Shown here one piece after another: positions 16,913 through 24,787 of a stretch of DNA of 64,000 nt. Origin of the DNA: Paludibacteraceae bacterium (GTDB taxonomy: Bacteria > Bacteroidota > Bacteroidia > Bacteroidales > Paludibacteraceae); the NCBI GenBank assembly GCA_017559385.1, contig JAFYSK010000051.1, positions 25,778 to 89,777 of the forward strand. Direction: 5' to 3'. Made by a program: the position numbers and the translations under genes. Position 1 is the first letter of the stretch. The number at the start of each line of letters is the position of its first letter. The notes beneath the pieces are model-generated. The model did no database searches, was not told where the DNA came from, and saw only the letters and a program-made list of their open reading frames with translations.

Positions 16913-18184
16913 TTAAATTACCTTCAATTCACTTCCTGGGAAATAGTGCGCTAAGATTTGCTCGTAGGTATAGCCCTTGTCTGCCATGACGGCTGCACCA
17001 ATTTGGCACAAACCTACACCGTGTCCCCAGCCTGCACCCGTGAGGATGAAGTCGCCATTCTCGTTGCGATCTACTACAAAGGCACTACTGTACAAGTGGC
17101 TCTTGCTCAACCATTTGCGAATTTCTAACTCCTTGCCAATCACCATCGTGCGCTTGCTACCTACAATCTGCATCTCGTACAAACGAGCAGAAGGACCGCG
17201 CTTGATAGGCACTAAGTCAATGATCTCGCCAAAGTCAATACCCGAACGCTCGCGGATAATCTCGCTCAGCTCCTCTTTGGTATATTGTACCGTCCAGCGG
17301 TAGAAATCCTTGGTCTCTTGGTCGTAGTTGTTGAGGACTTGGCTGAGGATGCGCTCGTCGGTGGTATTGCAATAAGCCGAAGGCGAGGTACGGATAAACG
17401 CCTGCGCATTCTCCTCAATAGTCAAATCGGGTAGGGGAGTGCCAATCTCGTCACGAACAGGCTCTAGGTAGTCATAGTGCTCGTTTGCCCATGCGTTTTC
17501 AAAGAGTTCGGTCGCACCACCACATGCCTTGTAGAAGCGTGCGTCGCACACCTTGCCGTCGTACATAAGCACTTGTCCACGGGTGGCATCGATAGCTTTT
17601 TGTACATTAGCAGCAGCCTCTGGGTGCTCATCACGACGGGTGATACCCTCGTAGCGTTGGCAGTGGTCGTCAGCGCATACATCAAAGCCCTCGTGCGCGT
17701 CACGCTCATACCAAACGATGTGCTCGCTTTCGCTCGCGTTCAGTAGCCCTTCGGGCTGTTCAGTGTGGTTCAGTGCTTCGCGTTCAGAGTTGTTCGATGT
17801 TGAACTATTTTGAACTACCGTTGAACAATGTTGAACCGCATTTTGCGGATGCAAAATGGGTTTGAGTACCCAGCTGCGGGAGATAACGGCGTGTGCTTTC
17901 AAGAGCTCCAACGATGAGGTAGCTGACATCTCGGAGGTGATAACCGAACTGAGGTAGTCTTCTACATCGAGGCGGTTGATGGCAGTCTGTGTGCCATCTG
18001 CATTGTCGCGTATTTCAAGTGTACCTTCAAACTCTTGGTCTTCCAAACGATCCCAGTGGAAACCAATACCAATGCGGACATTCTTCAATAGGAAGGTTGG
18101 ATGTTCTGGAGTAGAGTGAGGACCTGGTATAACGGCCTCAATCTTTGGGGCGGTCATTACGCCCACAGCAATTTGGTGTTTCAT
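16913..18184 (-). CDS. SpoIID/LytB domain-containing protein
   Basis: ...AHAVISRSW...FDVCADDHCQRYEG...GWGHGVGLCQIGAAVMA... core motifs. Confidence 0.88.
   Translation of the reverse strand: MKHQIAVGVMTAPKIEAVIPGPHSTPEHPTFLLKNVRIGIGFHWDRLEDQEFEGTLEIRDNADGTQTAINRLDVEDYLSSVITSEMSATSSLELLKAHAVISRSWVLKPILHPQNAVQHCSTVVQNSSTSNNSEREALNHTEQPEGLLNASESEHIVWYERDAHEGFDVCADDHCQRYEGITRRDEHPEAAANVQKAIDATRGQVLMYDGKVCDARFYKACGGATELFENAWANEHYDYLEPVRDEIGTPLPDLTIEENAQAFIRTSPSAYCNTTDERILSQVLNNYDQETKDFYRWTVQYTKEELSEIIRERSGIDFGEIIDLVPIKRGPSARLYEMQIVGSKRTMVIGKELEIRKWLSKSHLYSSAFVVDRNENGDFILTGAGWGHGVGLCQIGAAVMADKGYTYEQILAHYFPGSELKVI
17738..17792. repeat. 55-nt element, copy B (inside a CDS)
   Basis: gttcagtagcccttcgggctgttcagtgtggttcagtgcttcgcgttcagagttg. 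Confidence 0.9.
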
Positions 18185-18290
18185 GCGTGTATAGTTTTTA
18201 TTGTTATTTGCTTTCGTCGTCCCACGGATTTCACGGATGAATCACGGATTAAGATATTGGTGTTAATCTGTGTTATCAGTGGGAATATTA

Positions 18291-18656
18291 TTATTGTTCT
18301 ACTTTGCCTTTCCACGAGTTGAAGCCCGTGTTGAGTTCTACTACTTGGTAGCCGTTCTTAGCAAGTAGCATGGCGGCATTTTTGCTTCTTCTGCCCGAAC
18401 GACAGTAGAGAGCAATGGTTTTATCTTTAGGAAGCAGTTGCTCTGCTTTCTGCATAAAGTCGGCTTGTGTGACATCAATAAGCAACGCACCAGGGATATG
18501 TCCTTGCGCATATTCGTTCGCAGTCCTAACATCCAGGCGCACAACGGTGGTATCTTCAATAATCTGCGCAAAAGTATCCGCATCCACCGAGCGGAAGTCT
18601 GCTGCCTTGCAGCCTAAAAAACTCATCAGGCAGAGTAGGATAGGAAAGGGTTTCAT
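18291..18656 (-). CDS. Rhodanese-like domain protein (secreted)
   Basis: MKPFPILLCLMSFLGC signal and active-site loop YCRSGRRS. The upstream part of the track ORF (to 18797) overlaps yeiH and was rejected. Confidence 0.85.
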   Translation of the reverse strand: MKPFPILLCLMSFLGCKAADFRSVDADTFAQIIEDTTVVRLDVRTANEYAQGHIPGALLIDVTQADFMQKAEQLLPKDKTIALYCRSGRRSKNAAMLLAKNGYQVVELNTGFNSWKGKVEQ

Positions 18657-18669
18657 GATGTTATAATGG

Positions 18670-19650
18670 TTATGCGTTTTTACTTGAGTAGAATATATGC
18701 AAGACTGGCAGCGCTGATGATAATCCACAGCAGGACGCCTTGCAGTAACGGACGGATGCCAACGGATTTGATGACTCAACGGAGAGGGAGGCACCAATGA
18801 AGAACATCGTGATGATCAGACCTTTGCGTGCAATACCTGCGATGAATTTACCTATCTCGGGATAGTCCGCTAAGAGGTAAGTGTTGATGAGCATGGCGAC
18901 GATAAAGAACAAGATAAACCAAGGGATACTAATCTTCTTGCCGTCGCTGCGGAAAATCACCGAGGTAACCAATGCTAATGGGATGATCCACAAGGCACGA
19001 GTGAGCTTGATGGTAGTAGCCACTTGCAGGGCTTCTTCGCCATAAGCCGCTCCTGCGCCCACTACCGAACTTGTATCATGGATAGCAATAGCCGCCCATG
19101 TGCCGAACTCTTGTTGGCTTAGTTCCAACCAATGACCCAAAATTGGGAAAAGGAAAAGACCAATGGCGTTAAGGATAAATACCGTAGCTAATGCCATGGA
19201 CATATCCGTGTCTTTGGCCTTGATAATTGGTCCTACTGCAGCGATAGCACTACCGCCGCAGATGGCTGTGCCCGAACTAATAAGGTAGGATGTGTTGCGG
19301 TTGAGTTTCAATACTTTGCAGCCAATAAACATACCAATAAGCAAGGTACCGATGACCGATATAATCGTAAAGAACATGCCTTCCTTACCCGAGGCGAGGG
19401 AGGCTTGAAGGTTCATTCCAAAGCCCAAACCGATAACGGAATATTGGAGGAGTTTCTTGGATATGTTCTTATTGAAAGTGGGGTAAGCTTGTCCGCAGAG
19501 CAGAGCGAATGCTAAGCCGATAAACAGCACCACAGGAGGAGTTACCCACGTCGCAAGGAAACGGAGCGCGGGGATATAATCGCAAAGTAAACACAATGTA
19601 AGCAGGGATAGCAGTGCGATGTAAATATGTCGGTTGTATTGGCGGAGCAT
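18670..19650 (-). CDS. yeiH: YeiH/UPF0324-family membrane protein, 3' end apparently frameshifted
   Basis: Multi-TM protein with ...SSGTAICGGSAIAA.... After ...GASLSVES the frame reads SNPLASVRYCKASCC.... The frame reached by restoring one apparently missing base near 18771-18776 reads IKSVGIRPLLQGVLLWIIISAASLAYILLK*. Confidence 0.8.
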   Translation of the reverse strand: MLRQYNRHIYIALLSLLTLCLLCDYIPALRFLATWVTPPVVLFIGLAFALLCGQAYPTFNKNISKKLLQYSVIGLGFGMNLQASLASGKEGMFFTIISVIGTLLIGMFIGCKVLKLNRNTSYLISSGTAICGGSAIAAVGPIIKAKDTDMSMALATVFILNAIGLFLFPILGHWLELSQQEFGTWAAIAIHDTSSVVGAGAAYGEEALQVATTIKLTRALWIIPLALVTSVIFRSDGKKISIPWFILFFIVAMLINTYLLADYPEIGKFIAGIARKGLIITMFFIGASLSVESSNPLASVRYCKASCCGLSSALPVLHIFYSSKNA

Positions 19651-19672
19651 GGGGGGTTATTTATGAGTTTAT

Positions 19673-19708
19673 CTTAGGAAATAACTTAGGAAAAGACTTA
19701 GGAAAAGT
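19673..19708. repeat. Three tandem 12-mers, CTTAGGAAA[taa/aga/agt]
   Basis: Read directly. Confidence 0.85.
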
Positions 19709-19901
19709 ATGTATTTGCGGTTAGTTTTTGCATGTAAATTAGTGAGTTGTCTAATACGACGACTTGTTATGTCTATTTTAGTTATCAATGATTGCTAATT
19801 CGAATTGCGATTGGCGTATTTGTTTTTGTATAGTAGCTATGTAATTCTTTTGTTGGGTTTGATGAATACTGTCTAAGATTAGTCAATGTTGAAATTATGG
19901 C

Positions 19902-20615
19902 TTATATTTTTCTTCCCTTTTTCAAGATTGTTTGGTATAAGTCGCGAACTTGAACCCTGTACTGTTCAAATTCTAGATAATTAGAATCTTTTATCCATAA
20001 TTGACCTTCTCCAATGTTTCCTCTGTGTTGTCCGTGGGAATAATATCGATTTTCTTCTACTTCTTTGTTGGTCAACACCCAATAATCAATCTTATCTCTC
20101 CAAACTGCTATCCACACGAATACATTACAACAAGCTGGTTTAATTTGTTGAAAGTTCATGTTAAATTTTGCATTACTATTGCTAGATAAGGCCTTCTCGG
20201 TAAGTGTTGCCCCGCTAACACGTTTTACTGCACGTGAGGCTTTAACTTCAACTCGGATACCCTCTAACCATAAGTCATATTGTCCTTTATAGTCAGAGTC
20301 AAGTAACGGAGTTGGATGTTGGAATTCAGGAACTAATTCTGTGAGATGTCGCTGCCCCCACGTCTCTCCAAATGTGCGTGGAGCAATTTCGAATAGGTGA
20401 AGATACTTATTTCGGGTTAGATACTCAGAACGAATACGCAAATATCCTTGCATATCAATGACATGATTTGCAATCAAATGAGATATGATATATTCGAATC
20501 TATTGAAAGGATATACACTATATAGCCTATTCAACAAATCATCACTAAGTTTTACCATCTCCTCTTTTGGGAGTTGTTTCTTAAATTCGTTGAGTTCTTT
20601 AATTAACGTTTCCAT
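19902..20615 (-). CDS. PD-(D/E)XK nuclease-like protein (putative restriction endonuclease subunit, long form)
   Basis: The YDLWLEGIRVEVKASR motif (D...ExK) is followed by QQIK and HRG..EGQ blocks shared with the upstream ORF. It has an extra ~110-aa N-terminal domain. Confidence 0.55.
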   Translation of the reverse strand: METLIKELNEFKKQLPKEEMVKLSDDLLNRLYSVYPFNRFEYIISHLIANHVIDMQGYLRIRSEYLTRNKYLHLFEIAPRTFGETWGQRHLTELVPEFQHPTPLLDSDYKGQYDLWLEGIRVEVKASRAVKRVSGATLTEKALSSNSNAKFNMNFQQIKPACCNVFVWIAVWRDKIDYWVLTNKEVEENRYYSHGQHRGNIGEGQLWIKDSNYLEFEQYRVQVRDLYQTILKKGRKI

Positions 20616-21151
20616 AATTTTAATAATTTTTTTAATAGTACACTTATCATTAACAGAGTGCTGTGATAAGGATTAACTAATTTATATAGTGATTCATACG
20701 TAAAAGTATCTGCTTTAAAATTGTTTATATGGTATTGTAAGTTTTCATTTGTGATATGAAACTGACCTTCGACATAATCCTTTGCCTGTCCTCGATGCAT
20801 GCGATTGCTCCAACCTTGAATAGAGGTTATTGTTTTTGCATCTACTTTAAAGATAAGTATATTGTCCCAGAAGAATAATCCATAATAGAGAATATCGAAC
20901 TCAGAGTGTTTAATTTGCTCAATATTTCGGTAGAATTTTTTCTTCTGACATTCATTATATTTAATTGGAGTATTTTGCCATTTCGCTGTTAAGCATTTTT
21001 CAATAATTGTGGATTCTGTGATGGTTTCATTATCTTTTTGTCTAACTGTTGAGAATTTTATTTCAATACGTTGGCTGTTATTGTTATCCCATAAATCGTA
21101 TTTGGTTGTTGCTTGTGGTGGATAGGAAAGATTATACTTCTTTTTTATCAT
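20603..21151 (-). CDS. PD-(D/E)XK nuclease-like protein (putative restriction endonuclease subunit, short form)
   Basis: YDLWDNNNSQRIEIKFS (D...ExK), EQIK and HRGQAKDYVEGQ. It is collinear with the core of the downstream ORF and overlaps it by 13 nt. Confidence 0.5.
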   Translation of the reverse strand: MIKKKYNLSYPPQATTKYDLWDNNNSQRIEIKFSTVRQKDNETITESTIIEKCLTAKWQNTPIKYNECQKKKFYRNIEQIKHSEFDILYYGLFFWDNILIFKVDAKTITSIQGWSNRMHRGQAKDYVEGQFHITNENLQYHINNFKADTFTYESLYKLVNPYHSTLLMISVLLKKLLKLWKR

Positions 21152-21232
21152 TATTTCAGCAACTTTTCCTAAGCGAGCAGTTTGAAGAAGAAAAATGCCA
21201 TTTCTAAAAAGTTTTTGTTAAAATTGTCATAG

Positions 21233-23116
21233 CTATCGTGATATGTTATTTTGTGTGTTTTTAGAAATAATCCAATTACGCTCAAACTCGGAAATGTTAA
21301 AAATATCAAATACATAATCATCAATGAGAGATTGTAACTCTTGATGTCTAGTAGGTTGTGACAAAATTAGATCTACAATATTTGCGAGATATGAATCCTC
21401 TGGATGGGATAATTTGGGGAAAGGTAAAGTACTTAAATTGCTTTTTAAGACTTTCATGTCCGAGAAACTATTGAGATATAAATATTGATACAGTGCTGAA
21501 TTCAATAAAGCAGCAACCGTCTTTGTTGATATGGTCTCTATCTCAGGAATAAGTATATTTGCGCTATTCAGGCAAAGGCGTTGTTTGTTATCATATGCTA
21601 CAATTGGACGATTCGCAATAAACCGATAGATCAATTTTTCAGGTGCTCGAAAATATTCTTCTTTAGCACATTGCTGAAAATTTATAGGGTCAAACACAAT
21701 GTATTTTTTTTCGTGCGAAACGACAAATGATTCCACCTCTTTGCCCGTAAATATTGGTTCCGCATTACCAGTCTGTTCTAATAATAACTTTTCTTTATTA
21801 TTTCCAGTAACTATTCCTAATGCCCATTTGCTATGGGTTAAATAGTCGTTTGCTTTCTCTGTGACTTTCTGCTTGATGGATTCTTCAATCGGTTCTGTCT
21901 CTATGATTGGAATTTCTGTTTGATCTGAAGATGTTTTAAATTCTATTTGGGAGATGGAATCTTCTTTTTTAACAGAATATACTTGATGTGAAGATGTTGT
22001 TGGATGGAGTATAATGCTAAAATAATCAGTAAATACTCCATCAAAACGTCCGTTATACAATTCTATATGCTCAATCGTAGTGTTCTTTAATATATATGAA
22101 CGTACATCGCGATGTTTTTGAATTTTAAGAAGAGATGTAGGTAAGAGGAATCCTAAGTGTCCATTACTTTTCAATGTTTTCATAGCTTTAACCAAAAACA
22201 TGGATGCGCGTTCTTTAGAATGAATACCTAATACCTTGTATTGATTCTTCCTATCGGCACCCCATGGGGGATTTGTGTATATATAATCATGTTTCTGGGT
22301 GTCATAACACTTTAGAAAATCTGTACATGAAATATTAGGGACAAAATTTTTATTTTGATGCTTGACTAAAAGGTTTACTTTTGTTATAAGAACAGCAAGA
22401 GGATTCAAATCAGTTCCGTATAAATTTTCAGGGTGATCGGTTTCTATGGCAATTAAAAATGCCCCACTACCACAACAAGGGTCGTAAAATGTCTCATTGG
22501 GTTGAATATGTACCCCCTTTAGCATCGTTCTAACAATGCTATTGTTGGTATAATATTGTCCAGTCTCATTGCGTTCTCCTTCTGCCAATAAGGACTGTAA
22601 AATGAAACCTAATATATCTTCATTGCAATCCCAGATTTCATGTGAGATAGTAAGTTTAAGATACTGATATGATTGGTATGGAGCAAGTGTTTTTTGTACA
22701 TTTGGTTTGTGCAGGATATGTGCAGCTTCAAGCTTTTTAATGCATAATGTATATATAATATCTTCCAACGGAGCATCAAAAGACGAAAGTTGTTCAAGTA
22801 AAGTAGTTGCTTGATTTGTTTGAATGTAACTCGAAGCAATCACTTTTTTTGCAGAAAGCGTCTTGTTTGCTCTATTGGTTAAACGTCCTTCTATGGATGT
22901 ATTTAATCTGTGCCAATTAGATTTTGTTGCGTTGCTAATGGTTGACATAACTAAACCCTGTGATTTTGCCTGCAAAGGTACATTTTTTTTATGAGATTTG
23001 CAAGAGAATTGTAATTTTTCGTGTTCGAGTTGCGATATTTGACTACTATCAACGATAGCAGGTGTTGATAAGATGAATTCCGGAAATGGGATTCGTAATG
23101 TTTGTGGATGTGACAT
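21233..23116 (-). CDS. N6-adenine DNA methyltransferase, gamma class (Eco57I/TaqI-like, with a C-terminal specificity domain)
   Basis: Motif I FYDPCCGSGAFL, motif IV YTNPPWG, and later GIVTGNNK / IFTGKEVESF blocks. An alternative start is M57 at 22948. Confidence 0.88.
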   Translation of the reverse strand: MSHPQTLRIPFPEFILSTPAIVDSSQISQLEHEKLQFSCKSHKKNVPLQAKSQGLVMSTISNATKSNWHRLNTSIEGRLTNRANKTLSAKKVIASSYIQTNQATTLLEQLSSFDAPLEDIIYTLCIKKLEAAHILHKPNVQKTLAPYQSYQYLKLTISHEIWDCNEDILGFILQSLLAEGERNETGQYYTNNSIVRTMLKGVHIQPNETFYDPCCGSGAFLIAIETDHPENLYGTDLNPLAVLITKVNLLVKHQNKNFVPNISCTDFLKCYDTQKHDYIYTNPPWGADRKNQYKVLGIHSKERASMFLVKAMKTLKSNGHLGFLLPTSLLKIQKHRDVRSYILKNTTIEHIELYNGRFDGVFTDYFSIILHPTTSSHQVYSVKKEDSISQIEFKTSSDQTEIPIIETEPIEESIKQKVTEKANDYLTHSKWALGIVTGNNKEKLLLEQTGNAEPIFTGKEVESFVVSHEKKYIVFDPINFQQCAKEEYFRAPEKLIYRFIANRPIVAYDNKQRLCLNSANILIPEIETISTKTVAALLNSALYQYLYLNSFSDMKVLKSNLSTLPFPKLSHPEDSYLANIVDLILSQPTRHQELQSLIDDYVFDIFNISEFERNWIISKNTQNNISR

Positions 23117-23163
23117 GATGAGTAGTTTTTAGTAGTTAAACATACGTTTTTTGAAATCGGCTG

Positions 23164-23171
23164 CAAAATTA
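23164..23171 (-). promoter_or_regulatory. -7 box TAATTTTG (minus strand) for the methyltransferase operon
   Basis: Plus-strand caaaatta, 48 nt upstream of the ATG at 23116. Confidence 0.45.
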
Positions 23172-23208
23172 CTATACCAAACTGCTAAAACTTGTCAGTA
23201 TGTAGAGA

Positions 23209-23245
23209 AAAATGCACTTTTTTTTGCGGAAAAGTGCATTTTTTT
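23209..23245. terminator. Bidirectional hairpin with T-runs on both sides
   Basis: aatgcactttt, an 8-nt loop, then aaaagtgcatt followed by ttttt. Confidence 0.55.
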
Positions 23246-23314
23246 AGGAACTGAGTTAACTTTCTTAGGATATGAGTCAACTTTTTTAGGAATAGAGTCA
23301 ACCTTTTTAGGAAA
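23241..23314. repeat. Four units of about 21-22 nt, each containing TTAGGA[A/T] and GAGT[T/C]AAC
   Basis: tttttaggaactgagttaac / tttcttaggatatgagtcaac / ttttttaggaatagagtcaacc / tttttaggaaagc. Confidence 0.8.
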
Positions 23315-23336
23315 GCAATCTTAAGAAAAGTGCGGA

Positions 23337-23371
23337 GTTCTTAGCCGCAAGGGCACGATAACGCTTCGCTC
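23337..23371. repeat. Dispersed repeat GTTCTTAGCCRCAAGGGCACGATARCGCTTCGCTC, copy 1
   Basis: It matches 43906-43940 and 43973-44007 with 1-2 mismatches. Confidence 0.85.
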
Positions 23372-23748
23372 TTCTCTCGGTCGTCTCTCGGTTGTCTCTC
23401 GGTGGAGTAGGGAAAGGTAAAGAGGAAAACAAATCTTAATAAAAAGCCTTTTTTGAGATTTTGAGTTCTTAGGTTCATCCTTGGTTCGTCCTTGGTTCGT
23501 CCTTGGTTCTTCCCTGGTCTTTTACCCGCGAGGAATAGGGAAGGTACAACGGGAAGGAATCTTAAGAAATGTACGCAAATTGATTATCCTACTCGCAGCA
23601 AACTGCTCGAGAAATCTAAACAATCTAAACTAAATACAGAGTACTCCGTAATGAATTGCTACCGCTCCTCATTTCGCTAGCGAAACTCGTGCGCTGAATC
23701 TTCTGCAAATACCAAAGATAATGAATTGTTGTGTGAGCGAAATAAAAT

Positions 23749-24681
23749 CTAAACTATTTCATCTGCCACTTCGCGGATGATATCGCGGAGTTTGGATGGG
23801 GTGAGGCGGTCGAAGCTCTCGCGGTTGGCTACAATACCTATGCCGCCCATCTCTACTGTACCTGGAGAGAAAAGAATACGTTCATTCTCAGGCGCAAAGA
23901 AGCATTGAGGACGGGATTCGCGGCGGAAGAACACGATTGTGTTGAATCTAGGCGATGAGGCGATAAGGCTATTAGGCGAAGAGGCTGGCTCGTACCACGA
24001 GATGATATTCCAGCGAGGCTCCCATTCTTCGGTGCGGGAAGCACCTGCGGTGAGTGAGCCTGTTTGGCTGGCGTTCTCTGGAATACTTGCCATGGATAGC
24101 ACTTTTTCTAGTGCTGCCAAATGGGATTGTAAATCAGATTCTTGCACCAATACGGCATTGGCGTAATTGGTGTCAAAATGATCTTCTATCGGCATACTAT
24201 GTCTTGGAACTGCTTGGAAGTGCATATGATCTGGCGCACTAGCACCACACATAGGACCGTTATAGAAAATACTCATCTCGGGCATTGCCTGAGCCAAATG
24301 CAACATTGACTCCATGTGCGGAGCAAAAGTTTGACGCTCGTGGATAGCGGACGAGATGGTGAAATGGTGGTTAAAGATAGGGAAGGGGTTGACACGAATA
24401 AAATACGTTTGACCCGTAGGGGAGTCCCAAACGGTGGTGAGCTGTAGAGGCTCTAAACCATCAGGACAAAGGAAGCATGCGCGCTTTTGCAAGGCCTCTG
24501 GACTGACGTCTGCCATCACACTACGCACGCGAGCTGGGTTGAAAAAGAGCTTGGCAGGAAAACCGTCGATGGTCATATCTTTGACTTCGACCTGATCCAA
24601 AGCTCCGTAGTTAACGAAAGCTCTCCCGCGAAGCTCAAGTTCGCGGGAGAACATCTCGGATATTTGTGTATAGAGGTTCAT
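23749..24681 (-). CDS. GalT/HIT-like (HxHxQ) nucleotidyltransferase-fold protein, probably the DUF4922 family
   Basis: ...CFLCP...RVNPFPIF.HH....APDHMHFQAVP. The family name is recalled from memory, not searched. Confidence 0.7.
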   Translation of the reverse strand: MNLYTQISEMFSRELELRGRAFVNYGALDQVEVKDMTIDGFPAKLFFNPARVRSVMADVSPEALQKRACFLCPDGLEPLQLTTVWDSPTGQTYFIRVNPFPIFNHHFTISSAIHERQTFAPHMESMLHLAQAMPEMSIFYNGPMCGASAPDHMHFQAVPRHSMPIEDHFDTNYANAVLVQESDLQSHLAALEKVLSMASIPENASQTGSLTAGASRTEEWEPRWNIISWYEPASSPNSLIASSPRFNTIVFFRRESRPQCFFAPENERILFSPGTVEMGGIGIVANRESFDRLTPSKLRDIIREVADEIV

Positions 24682-24683
24682 AA

Positions 24684-24772
24684 TTGTTCAATGTTGTTCA
24701 ACATGGTTCAATGTAGTGCAATGTTGAACGCGAAGCGCTGAACTATTTTGAACAGCGCATGCGCTATTGAAC
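24684..24772. repeat. Word array of GTTCAA / TTGAAC units
   Basis: ttgttcaa tgttgttcaa catggttcaa tgtagtgcaa tgttgaac gcgaagcgc tgaac tatt ttgaac ... ttgaac. Confidence 0.8.
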
Positions 24773-24787
24773 GTGCCTAAGGCACAA

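Larger units (their letters stand above)
19709..23240. other. AT-rich islet carrying a restriction-modification-like gene set
   Basis: It is visibly more AT-rich than both flanks and is bracketed by TTAGGAA word arrays. There is no integrase or transposase. Confidence 0.5.

Noticed and set aside
19709-23240. Calling the RM islet a mobile element
   Set aside because: No integrase, transposase, terminal inverted repeats or tRNA target is visible. Only the composition shift and the flanking word arrays are seen, so it is reported as an islet rather than a mobile element.
23492-23680. 62-aa ORF in the 632-bp spacer, and likewise 43888-44076 (-)
   Set aside because: Both are built almost entirely from word arrays and dispersed repeats, with no start context or coding periodicity that I can see.
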